A DNA stretch of 64,000 nucleotides from Escherichia coli (GTDB taxonomy: Bacteria; Pseudomonadota; Gammaproteobacteria; Enterobacterales; Enterobacteriaceae): NCBI RefSeq assembly GCF_051903065.1, contig NZ_CP178438.1. One strand, written 5' to 3'. The notes under the pieces were generated by a model. That model saw only the letters and a program-made list of their open reading frames with translations, was not told the origin of the DNA and did not search any database. The first letter of the stretch is position 1. Every line of letters begins with the position of its first letter. Positions 35,387 through 44,260 of this stretch are shown here, one piece after another. Position numbers and translations under genes: made by a program.

Positions 35387-36172
35387 TTAGCGCACTAAAT
35401 AACCGCCATCAACCACTAATAAATGCCCGTTGACATAATTCGATGCCGGACTTGCGAGGAATACGGCTGCGCCCATTAAATCCTGAGTATCGCCCCAACG
35501 GTTTGCTGGAATATGATCAAGAACGCGCTGATTGGTTTCTGGATTACTGCGTGTCGCCAGCGTAATATCTGTTGCATAATAGCCAGGGGCGATACCATTT
35601 ACCTGAATATTATATTGACCTAGTTCATCACAATAAGCTTTGGTGAACCCGGCAAGAGCATGTTTAGTGGCAGAATATGCAGGTGACCATTGTCCACCTA
35701 AGTAAGAGAACAATGAACAGATATTAATGATTTTACCGCTTTTCTGCGGGATCATAATTTTTGCTGCTTCGTAGCTTAACTCAAATGCGGCGGTCAGGTT
35801 CACATCAATCATTGGATCCCAGTCGGCACGACCGAAGTCCAGCACCTTATTCAGCTTACAAATACCGGCATTGTTAACCAGAATATCGACGGTACCGAAA
35901 CGTTCGCAACAGGCGGCGATTATCTTCTGCGGCGCGCCTTCTGCGGTGATATCCACCTGCATGAAGTCCACCTCAACACCCTGTTTTTCAATCATTTCCT
36001 TTGTTTCGCCGTTATCTTTGACAAAACTTGGAATAAAGACATTTGCGCCTGCTTTGGCCAACGCCATGGCAAATGCCTGGCCTAAACCGCTATTCCCGCC
36101 GGTAACAATTGCGGTTTTACCTTTCAGGGAGAAAAAATCCATTGAGAACGCATTGAGAGATTCGATTGACAT
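35387..36172 (-). CDS. ygcW: Short-chain dehydrogenase/reductase (SDR)
   Basis: Frame MSIESLNAFSMDFFSLKGKTAIVTGGNSGLGQ... (TGxxxGxG); start at ATG complement 36170-36172. Confidence 0.85.
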   Translation of the reverse strand: MSIESLNAFSMDFFSLKGKTAIVTGGNSGLGQAFAMALAKAGANVFIPSFVKDNGETKEMIEKQGVEVDFMQVDITAEGAPQKIIAACCERFGTVDILVNNAGICKLNKVLDFGRADWDPMIDVNLTAAFELSYEAAKIMIPQKSGKIINICSLFSYLGGQWSPAYSATKHALAGFTKAYCDELGQYNIQVNGIAPGYYATDITLATRSNPETNQRVLDHIPANRWGDTQDLMGAAVFLASPASNYVNGHLLVVDGGYLVR

Positions 36173-36490
36173 AGTTAGCTCCAATTTCCGTAAGGCAAAA
36201 AAAAAGAAAGGTAACTTCCCCCGCAAGAGGGAAGTTACCTTTCTCATTATCTCTGGTAACTGGAGATAATTTTTAGCATAAGGGCATAACTGCTAATGTG
36301 ATCGTAATCACAGTGTAATATTCGTATTGTCAAATAATTTTAAAAAGCAGAAGCGTGATTACTCTCACACAACACCTCTGCTTTCCATGTTATTTATTAT
36401 TTCAATTACTAGAGACCTGAGAAAAGTAATCCACCTGAAAGGGCGGCTTACTTTTCTCTTTTTTTTGTCTATTACAAATGGGAATACGAT

Positions 36491-37768
36491 ATGCAACACA
36501 ACTCATATCGCCGTTGGATAACCCTCGCGATAATTAGTTTTAGCGGCGGCGTTAGTTTCGACCTGGCTTATTTACGTTATATTTATCAAATTCCCATGGC
36601 GAAATTTATGGGATTCAGCAATACCGAGATAGGTTTAATAATGAGTACCTTTGGTATTGCAGCTATTATTCTTTATGCCCCCAGCGGCGTTATTGCTGAT
36701 AAATTCTCACATCGCAAAATGATTACTTCCGCGATGATCATTACCGGATTACTGGGTCTGTTAATGGCAACGTATCCACCGCTGTGGGTAATGCTCTGTA
36801 TTCAGGTCGCCTTTGCGATAACGACGATTTTAATGCTGTGGTCGGTGTCGATTAAAGCCGCATCGTTGCTTGGCGATCATAGCGAGCAAGGGAAAATTAT
36901 GGGCTGGATGGAAGGGCTGCGCGGCGTCGGTGTAATGTCGCTGGCGGTGTTTACCATGTGGGTCTTTTCTCGCTTTGCACCGGATGACAGCGCTAGCCTG
37001 AAAACGGTCATAATTATCTACAGTGTGGTTTACATCTTGTTGGGGATTCTGTGCTGGTTTTTTGTTAGCGATAACAACAACCTGTGCAGTGCCAATAACG
37101 AAGAAAAACAGTCATTCCAGCTTAGCGACATCCTGGCCGTTTTGCGCATCAGCACCACCTGGTATTGCAGCATGGTGATTTTTGGCGTCTTCACCATCTA
37201 CGCCATTCTGAGTTACTCCACCAACTATCTGACCGAAATGTATGGCATGTCGCTGGTGGCGGCGAGCTACATGGGGATTGTGATCAACAAAATCTTCCGC
37301 GCGCTGTGCGGCCCACTTGGCGGCATTATCACCACCTACAGTAAAGTGAAATCCCCTACCCGCGTGATCCAAATCCTTTCCGTACTCGGCCTGCTGGCGT
37401 TAACTGCCCTGCTCGTCACGAACTCTAACCCGCAATCGGTCGCGATGGGGATTGGCCTGATTTTACTGCTGGGATTCACCTGTTACGCCTCACGCGGGCT
37501 GTACTGGGCCTGCCCTGGCGAAGCGAGAACACCGTCTTACATTATGGGCACCACGGTAGGTATTTGTTCGGTGATTGGATTCCTGCCGGATGTCTTCGTT
37601 TACCCGATTATCGGCCACTGGCAGGACACCCTGCCCGCAGCAGAAGCCTACCGCAACATGTGGCTGATGGGCATGGCGGCGCTTGCCATGGTGATTGTCT
37701 TTACCTTTTTGCTGTTCCAAAAAATTCGTACTGCTGATATCGCCCCCACAACGGCTAACAGCAAGTAA
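36491..37768 (+). CDS. yqcE: MFS-family transporter
   Basis: 425-aa polytopic membrane ORF. Confidence 0.85.
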   Translation: MQHNSYRRWITLAIISFSGGVSFDLAYLRYIYQIPMAKFMGFSNTEIGLIMSTFGIAAIILYAPSGVIADKFSHRKMITSAMIITGLLGLLMATYPPLWVMLCIQVAFAITTILMLWSVSIKAASLLGDHSEQGKIMGWMEGLRGVGVMSLAVFTMWVFSRFAPDDSASLKTVIIIYSVVYILLGILCWFFVSDNNNLCSANNEEKQSFQLSDILAVLRISTTWYCSMVIFGVFTIYAILSYSTNYLTEMYGMSLVAASYMGIVINKIFRALCGPLGGIITTYSKVKSPTRVIQILSVLGLLALTALLVTNSNPQSVAMGIGLILLLGFTCYASRGLYWACPGEARTPSYIMGTTVGICSVIGFLPDVFVYPIIGHWQDTLPAAEAYRNMWLMGMAALAMVIVFTFLLFQKIRTADIAPTTANSK

Positions 37769-37794
37769 GCCAGAAAAATTACAGGAGAAAAATC

Positions 37795-39273
37795 ATGTCG
37801 AAGAAATACATCATAGGGATTGATGGCGGAAGTCAGAGCACAAAAGTGGTGATGTACGATCTGGAAGGTAACGTGGTTTGCGAAGGCAAAGGTTTATTGC
37901 AGCCGATGCACACGCCAGATGCCGATACCGCAGAACATCCTGACGACGATTTATGGGCATCATTATGTTTTGCCGGTCACGATTTGATGAGTCAGTTTGC
38001 CGGGAATAAAGAAGATATTGTCGGTATTGGTCTGGGATCCATCCGTTGCTGCCGTGCGTTATTGAAAGCCGATGGCACGCCAGCTGCGCCATTGATTAGC
38101 TGGCAGGATGCACGCGTAACGCGTCCCTACGAACACACTAATCCTGACGTGGCATATGTCACCTCTTTTTCGGGTTATCTAACGCATCGCTTAACCGGCG
38201 AGTTTAAAGACAATATCGCCAACTATTTTGGTCAGTGGCCAGTGGATTATAAGAGCTGGGCATGGAGCGAAGATGCTGCGGTAATGGAGAAGTTTAATAT
38301 CCCTCGTCATATGCTGTTTGATGTGCAAATGCCTGGCACCGTCCTCGGACATATCACACCACAAGCCGCACTGGCGACACATTTCCCGGCAGGGCTGCCG
38401 GTTGTTTGTACCACCAGTGATAAACCGGTAGAAGCTCTGGGAGCCGGATTACTGGATGATGAAACGGCGGTGATTTCTCTTGGCACCTACATCGCGCTGA
38501 TGATGAACGGTAAAGCACTGCCGAAAGATCCGGTGGCGTACTGGCCGATTATGTCTTCTATACCGGAAACATTGCTGTATGAAGGGTACGGTATCCGTAA
38601 AGGCATGTGGACGGTGAGCTGGCTACGCGACATGTTAGGCGAGTCGTTAATTCAGGATGCCAAAGCACAGGATCTTTCACCGGAAGATTTGCTCAACAAA
38701 AAAGCTTCTTGTGTGCCGCCTGGCTGTAATGGTCTGATGACGGTGCTGGACTGGCTGACCAACCCGTGGGAACCCTACAAACGTGGGATTATGATCGGCT
38801 TTGATTCCAGCATGGATTACACATGGATATATCGTTCGATACTGGAAAGCGTGGCGCTGACGCTGAAGAACAATTACGACAATATGTGTAATGAAATGAA
38901 TCACTTTGCAAAGCATGTGATCATTACTGGCGGCGGTTCGAACAGCGATCTATTTATGCAAATTTTTGCCGACGTGTTCAACCTTCCGGCACGCCGTAAC
39001 GCCATTAACGGTTGTGCAAGTCTGGGGGCAGCGATCAATACGGCGGTAGGTCTGGGGCTATACCCGGATTACGCAACGGCTGTCGACAAAATGGTTCGCG
39101 TGAAAGATATCTTTATGCCTGTTGAGAGCAATGCCAAACGCTACGACGCGATGAATAAAGGTATTTTCAAAGCCCTAACCAAACATACTGATGTGATCCT
39201 GAAAAAATCGTATGAAGTGATGCATGGGGAATTGGGGAATGCGGATTCGATCCAGAGCTGGTCGAATGCGTAA
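37795..39273 (+). CDS. ygcE: FGGY-family carbohydrate kinase
   Basis: 492-aa ORF MSKKYIIGIDGGSQSTKVVMYD..., FGGY kinase N-terminus. Confidence 0.88.
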   Translation: MSKKYIIGIDGGSQSTKVVMYDLEGNVVCEGKGLLQPMHTPDADTAEHPDDDLWASLCFAGHDLMSQFAGNKEDIVGIGLGSIRCCRALLKADGTPAAPLISWQDARVTRPYEHTNPDVAYVTSFSGYLTHRLTGEFKDNIANYFGQWPVDYKSWAWSEDAAVMEKFNIPRHMLFDVQMPGTVLGHITPQAALATHFPAGLPVVCTTSDKPVEALGAGLLDDETAVISLGTYIALMMNGKALPKDPVAYWPIMSSIPETLLYEGYGIRKGMWTVSWLRDMLGESLIQDAKAQDLSPEDLLNKKASCVPPGCNGLMTVLDWLTNPWEPYKRGIMIGFDSSMDYTWIYRSILESVALTLKNNYDNMCNEMNHFAKHVIITGGGSNSDLFMQIFADVFNLPARRNAINGCASLGAAINTAVGLGLYPDYATAVDKMVRVKDIFMPVESNAKRYDAMNKGIFKALTKHTDVILKKSYEVMHGELGNADSIQSWSNA

Positions 39274-39319
39274 GTGAGGAAGACCGGGCGGGAAACTGCC
39301 CGGCCTGAACATACCTGAA

Positions 39320-39458
39320 TGGTTATCCCCGCTGGCGCGGGGAACATAAGTTCGACAACTTAAAAAATGATAACAAGTCCGGTTTATCCCCGCTGATGCA
39401 GGGAACATAATAAAAACTTTAACTAGTTCGGTTTATCCCTGTTTTTACAAGGAATATT
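39320..39458 (-). CRISPR. Decayed CRISPR remnant: three degenerate type I-E repeats with irregular spacing
   Basis: tGGTT-ATCCCCGCTGGCGCGGGGAACAT (39320-39347), CGGTTTATCCCCGCTGATGCAGGGAACAT (39380-39408), CGGTTTATCCCTGTTTTTACAAGGAATAT (39430-39458); intervening segments 32 and 21 nt. Confidence 0.8.
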
Positions 39459-39519
39459 AACTACACTCGATGTCTTTAGAATAAAAGACAATACGAATCG
39501 CACTTTATCAATTTTCACT

Positions 39520-40576
39520 GGCTTTGTTGAATAAATCGAACTTTTGCTGAGTTGAAGGATCAGATCACGTATCTTCCCGACAACGCAGACCGTTCCGTGG
39601 CAAAGCAAAAGTTCAAAATCACCAACTGGCCCACCTACAATAAAGCCCTCATCAACCGTGGCTCCATAACTTTCTGGCTGGATGATGAAGCTATTCAGGC
39701 CTGGTATGAGTCAGCAACACCTTCTTCACGAGGCAGACCTCAGCGCTATTCTGACCTTGCCATCACGACTGTGCTGGTCATTAAACGCGTATTCAGGCTG
39801 ACCCTGCGCGCTGCGCAGGGCTTTATTGATTCCATTTTTTCTCTGATGAACGTTCCGCTACGCTGCCCGGATTACAGCTGTGTCAGCAGGCGGGCAAAGT
39901 CGGTTAATGTCAGTTTCAAAACGCCCACCCGGGGTGAAATCGCACACCTGGTAATTGATTCCACCGGGCTGAAGGTCTTCGGTGAAGGCGAGTGGAAAGT
40001 CAAAAAGCATGGCCAGGAACGCCGCCGTATCTGGCGTAAGCTGCATCTCGCCGTTGACAGTAAAACACATGAAATCATCTGCGCTGACCTGTCGCTGAAC
40101 AACGTTACGGACTCAGAGGCCTTCCCCGGGTTAATCCGGCAAACCCACCGGAAAATCAGGTCAGCCGCCGCCGATGGCGCTTACGATACCCGGCTATGTC
40201 ACGATGAACTGCGGCGTAAGAAAATCAGCGCGCTTATCCCTCCCCGAAAAGGTGCGGGTTACTGGCCCGGTGAATATGCAGACCGTAACCGTGCAGTGGC
40301 TAATCAGCGAATGACCGGGAGTAATGCGCGGTGGAAATGGACAACAGATTACAACCGTCGCTCGATAGCGGAAACGGCGATGTACCGGGTAAAACAGCTG
40401 TTCGGGGGTTCACTGACACTGCGTGACTACGATGGTCAGGTTGCAGAGGCTATGGCCCTGGTACGAGCGCTGAACAAAATGACGAAAGCAGGTATGCCTG
40501 AAAGCGTGCGTATTGCCTGAAAACACAACCCGCTACGGGGGAGACTTACCCGAAATCTGATTTATTCAACAAAGCC
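39520..40576 (+). mobile_element. IS903-family (IS5 superfamily) insertion sequence, 1057 bp, intact, with 9-bp target site duplication
   Basis: 18-bp terminal inverted repeats GGCTTTGTTGAATAAATC at 39520-39537 and (reverse complement) 40559-40576. Direct repeat ATTTTCACT at 39511-39519 and 40577-40585. One transposase ORF spans the element. Confidence 0.93.
39597..40520 (+). CDS. IS903-family DDE transposase
   Basis: Open frame from 39552 (TTG) in the track; likely start GTG 39597, giving ~307 aa. Start assignment is uncertain. Confidence 0.85.
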   Translation: MAKQKFKITNWPTYNKALINRGSITFWLDDEAIQAWYESATPSSRGRPQRYSDLAITTVLVIKRVFRLTLRAAQGFIDSIFSLMNVPLRCPDYSCVSRRAKSVNVSFKTPTRGEIAHLVIDSTGLKVFGEGEWKVKKHGQERRRIWRKLHLAVDSKTHEIICADLSLNNVTDSEAFPGLIRQTHRKIRSAAADGAYDTRLCHDELRRKKISALIPPRKGAGYWPGEYADRNRAVANQRMTGSNARWKWTTDYNRRSIAETAMYRVKQLFGGSLTLRDYDGQVAEAMALVRALNKMTKAGMPESVRIA

Positions 40577-40976
40577 ATTTTCACTTAAAGTATGAACAGG
40601 ATATCTTTATTCATAAGAACTATTCATCAACAGCGTATAGAGGCGGTTATGTAAAACCACTCATTAGCCTCAAAACAAAGACAAATTTCCAGATTTATTA
40701 CTTAATCAATGAATAACAAGCTTAAAAAATACACTGTTATTCTAAAGAAAAAATTAACAGGCATTAATTAATATTAAAAAAATAATATATTAAAATTTCT
40801 TAACGGTTTAAGGATTATACAAATAACACTTTGATTAAATTTGATTTTTTGTATCGATAATTGTGAACTTATCTGGCATGGGGAACTATTTTGAACATGA
40901 GGTGTTACGTGGATATGTTGCTTATTACAAGTACAGCTAATATAAAAACTTGAGAAAGAGATAACGGGTTATATGG

Positions 40977-41554
40977 TGGTTTATCCCCGCTGGCGCGGGG
41001 AACTCGTACTGACGGATAAAAATAATACCTTTTGCGGCGGTTTATCCCCGCTGGCGCGGGGAACTCGTCAACGTTTTTCATGTGGGCATGAGTTGGGGCG
41101 GTTTATCCCCGCTGGCGCGGGGAACTCTATTCGGCCTCGTGCTGGTCGTGACAAAATACCGGTTTATCCCCGCTAGCGCGGGGAACTCTGGCGATATTGC
41201 CTACCGCAACAAAGAAAATACGGTTTATCCCCGCTAGCGCGGGGAACTCATCCACGAATCCAGTGCAAATGAGTTTGTTGGCGGTTTATCCCCGCTAGCG
41301 CGGGGAACTCATTGTGACTACCACCGATAACCCCGCAACCACCGGTTTATCCCCGCTAGCGCGGGGAACTCCTGCATTCGCCTGCGGTTATCAGATCGCT
41401 AAACGGTTTATCCCCGCTAGCGCGGGGAACTCGCTGCCATTACTTCCCGCCAGCGTTGCTCTGGCGGTTTATCCCCGCTAGCGCGGGGAACTCGCAGAGA
41501 ATCGTTCGATTGCCCCTACATCTTCCGGTTTATCCCCGCTGGCGCGGGGAACTC
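40977..41554 (-). CRISPR. CRISPR array 2 (type I-E): 10 repeats, 9 spacers of 32 nt
   Basis: 29-bp repeat CGGTTTATCCCCGCTGGCGCGGGGAACTC at 40977, 41038, 41099, 41160, 41221, 41282, 41343, 41404, 41465, 41526. Repeats 4-9 have CTAGCGC instead of CTGGCGC; repeat 1 starts with T. Leader on the high-coordinate side. Confidence 0.97.
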
Positions 41555-41700
41555 TCTAAACATAACCTATTATTAATTAATGATTTTTTAAGCCAGTCAC
41601 AATCTACCAACTTTACAGTATCACACAAACAACACATCCATTATGTTAAAGAGCGCTTAATCCATTGATTAAAAAGGTAAATATTTAAAATAACTCTATA
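41555..41700 (-). promoter_or_regulatory. CRISPR array 2 leader (AT-rich)
   Basis: AT-rich; contains CAATCTACCAAC about 45-58 nt from the first repeat as in leader 1, and a second similar copy AAAATCTACCAAAC further out. Confidence 0.65.
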
Positions 41701-41892
41701 CAAACTAAAATCTACCAAACTTTACCGCAATAATTTTCACTCCAACGAAAAATTAACGCCACAGAATTTGTAGAGAATGATAATGATTAGTCCAGGATGG
41801 GCAAAATGGAGGTTTTTCAGAGGCGACAAAGAATATAAATGAGTAGAAGTCTTTACAGGTTCCACCCATTTATAACGCTTATAAAAGTTTAA

Positions 41893-42564
41893 TCAGGCAA
41901 TATTTAGATATTTATGTGTTTGCATCGACAAACGCCAATTACGCGCAATGCAGATTTCAATGCACAATCGTGTGGCATCATCCTTTTGGCTAATCGGCTG
42001 CAGTGCAATGACTCGCGGTTTATCATCGGTCAGCGTTGCCAATAGTTCATCCAGTGCTTCAATATCGCGTACGCGCCCCACTGGATGCTTGATTTCGTTG
42101 GCTCGCTCCAGTGCCTGTGACAACACTTCATAGCCGCCGCGCATGTTCAGCTTTGGCGATACGGTAACCCAGGTATTCGGTGTGCAGCGTACCTCATGAG
42201 TACCACTGGTTTCGATCTGGCAGCTAAAACCGTTCTTTTCGAGCAGATCAGTCAGTGGTAGCAAATCATGAATGCAAGGCTCACCACCCGTAATCACCAC
42301 ATGCCGCGCGGTGTATCCCTGGCGACTAATGACAGCCAACAAGTCTTCACTGCTCGCCGCCCCCCACTTATCACTCTCTTTGGTCTTCGCCAGAATGCTG
42401 AAAAGGGAGACTTCCCGATCCTCAAGCTTTTCCCAGGTGTGTTTGGTGTCGCACCAGGCACAGCCAACCGGGCATCCCTGTAAACGAATAAAAATGGCGG
42501 GGACGCCGGTAAAGTAACCCTCACCTTGCAGGGTCTGGAACATCTCGTTAATCGGGTACTGCAT
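41893..42564 (-). CDS. queE: 7-carboxy-7-deazaguanine synthase (radical SAM)
   Basis: 223-aa ORF MQYPINEMFQTLQGEGYFTGVPAIFIRLQGCPVGCAWCDTK... Confidence 0.95.
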   Translation of the reverse strand: MQYPINEMFQTLQGEGYFTGVPAIFIRLQGCPVGCAWCDTKHTWEKLEDREVSLFSILAKTKESDKWGAASSEDLLAVISRQGYTARHVVITGGEPCIHDLLPLTDLLEKNGFSCQIETSGTHEVRCTPNTWVTVSPKLNMRGGYEVLSQALERANEIKHPVGRVRDIEALDELLATLTDDKPRVIALQPISQKDDATRLCIEICIARNWRLSMQTHKYLNIA

Positions 42565-42736
42565 AGCATTCTCTGTGAAGTGGATAATTGTTAATTATTG
42601 CAGATCCTGCCACAACAATCATGTCTTATTAACATTCTGTTACAGGCAGGCTTATGGCAAAAAGTGGATTAGATCATAAAGAATAAAATGAAGCAGTGTA
42701 TTATGTTTTAAGGAATTAATTAAAAGGGATTTAAAC

Positions 42737-43339
42737 ATGCTCAGAATATGCATCGTAATTATATTTATTTTCAATTTATCAGGCTGTGGATATAACGATA
42801 TTCAAACCTATGATGAGCAGGTTAACGCCTCCTGGTCTGAGGTATTAAATCAATATCAACGTCGCGCCGATCTTATTCCTAATCTTGTCGCCAGTATTAA
42901 AGGTTATTCCAACCATGAAAAAGACGTTTTGGAAGCCGTAACATTGGCTCGTAGCCAGGCTAATCGCGCCAGCAGCGATCTTCAGCAAGCTCCCGGAGAT
43001 GCACAAAAATTACAAGCCTGGCAACAGGCCCAGGCGCAGGTGACTCGCACTCTCGGTCAGTTAACGATAATTAGTGAGCGTTACCCTGAGTTAAAGGCTC
43101 AAGAGCTCTATCAAAACTTAATGGTACAGCTCGAAGGAAGTGAAAATAGAATTGCCGTTGCGCGAGGAAGATATATTAAAGCCATTGAACAATATAATGT
43201 CACTATCCGCAAATTCCCCGCTGTATTAACCGCAAAGGTCATGGATTACACACCAAAGAAAAATTATTTGCCGGATGATGTCACCGCAGTAAGTAAAGCC
43301 CCAACAATAGATTTTAGCCAGAATGCTAATGCTCATTAA
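42737..43339 (+). CDS. LemA-family lipoprotein
   Basis: 200-aa ORF with lipobox-like signal (FNLSGCG) followed by LemA-like helical region (WSEVLNQYQRRADLIPNLV...). Confidence 0.8.
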   Translation: MLRICIVIIFIFNLSGCGYNDIQTYDEQVNASWSEVLNQYQRRADLIPNLVASIKGYSNHEKDVLEAVTLARSQANRASSDLQQAPGDAQKLQAWQQAQAQVTRTLGQLTIISERYPELKAQELYQNLMVQLEGSENRIAVARGRYIKAIEQYNVTIRKFPAVLTAKVMDYTPKKNYLPDDVTAVSKAPTIDFSQNANAH

Positions 43340-43352
43340 GCGGGGAACTTCT

Positions 43353-44246
43353 ATGCGAAATTTTATCTTCCTTATGGCTTTCTTCTGTTCATCTGTGTTT
43401 GCCACACAAATTCCAGTACCTGAATCCCCCAAGTATGTGAATGACTTAACCGGCACATTAACAAACAGCGAAGTAAACACCCTGACCAACCAGATTAAAG
43501 CCCTGACGCAAAAAAACCACGCACAGTTGGTCGTGTTAGTGGTTGATACAACAGGCGATGAAACCATCGAGCAGTACGCAACGCGGGTATTCGATAGCTG
43601 GAAACCGGGTGATAAAGACCGCGATGATGGCGTTCTACTGTTAGTCGCCTGGCAGGATCATACCGTGCGTATTGAAATCGGTTACGGGCTGGAAGGTATT
43701 ATTACGGATGCACAGTCCGGGAAAATTATTCGCAACAGTATTATTCCTGCATTTAAAAAAGGCGACCTGGCTGGCGGTTTACAAAAGGGGATCAGCGATA
43801 TTGAAAGTCGTCTTACGGGGAATAATTTAGCAACGATAACACCGACCGATCACCCTTTGCCCTTTAGCGGTTGGTGGGCATTGTTAGTCTGGGCGATAGT
43901 ACTGACATTTATTTCTGCCAGAGGATATATCAAAACGCTGGGAGTAATTTGCTTCGCAGCTATTGTACTGGCCTTTGTTTTACCTATAGCAGGCTTCAGC
44001 GGAAGCTGGGGAGTACTCGCAACATTACTCTGCTTCGCCACACCGTTCCTGGCTGTCGCCATCGCTTTTACCCCCTTCGGCAAAAAAGTTCGGGATTTGA
44101 TGCGTGATGTCAACCAGCCATCACGCCATACAAGAAGCAATTCTTCCTCCCACTATTCATCATCGTCATCCTCTTCATTCAACAATGACAATTTCAGCGG
44201 TGGTGGCGGTTCATCTGGTGGCGGTGGCGCTTCCGGGCGCTGGTAA
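43353..44246 (+). CDS. TPM-domain membrane protein (YgcG-like), paralog 1
   Basis: Start at ATG 43353 (MRNFIFLMAFFCSSVFA signal peptide); TPM-like domain (DLTGTL..., VVLVVDTTGDETIEQYATRVFDSW), 2-3 TM helices, Ser-rich then Gly-rich tail ending GGGGSSGGGGASGRW. Confidence 0.8.
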   Translation: MRNFIFLMAFFCSSVFATQIPVPESPKYVNDLTGTLTNSEVNTLTNQIKALTQKNHAQLVVLVVDTTGDETIEQYATRVFDSWKPGDKDRDDGVLLLVAWQDHTVRIEIGYGLEGIITDAQSGKIIRNSIIPAFKKGDLAGGLQKGISDIESRLTGNNLATITPTDHPLPFSGWWALLVWAIVLTFISARGYIKTLGVICFAAIVLAFVLPIAGFSGSWGVLATLLCFATPFLAVAIAFTPFGKKVRDLMRDVNQPSRHTRSNSSSHYSSSSSSSFNNDNFSGGGGSSGGGGASGRW

Positions 44247-44260
44247 CAAAAGGAATTGAT

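Noticed and set aside
40973-41668. ORFs 40973-41176 and 41456-41668 (+) with VYPRWRGEL / FIPASAGN repeats
   Set aside because: Translations across CRISPR array 2 and its leader; not coding.
43341-43352. Sequence GCGGGGAACTTCT before the first TPM paralog start, resembling the CRISPR repeat 3' end (GCGCGGGGAACTC)
   Set aside because: Only about 10 nt match, with no stem partner; most likely a chance resemblance (it also provides the G-rich ribosome-binding site).
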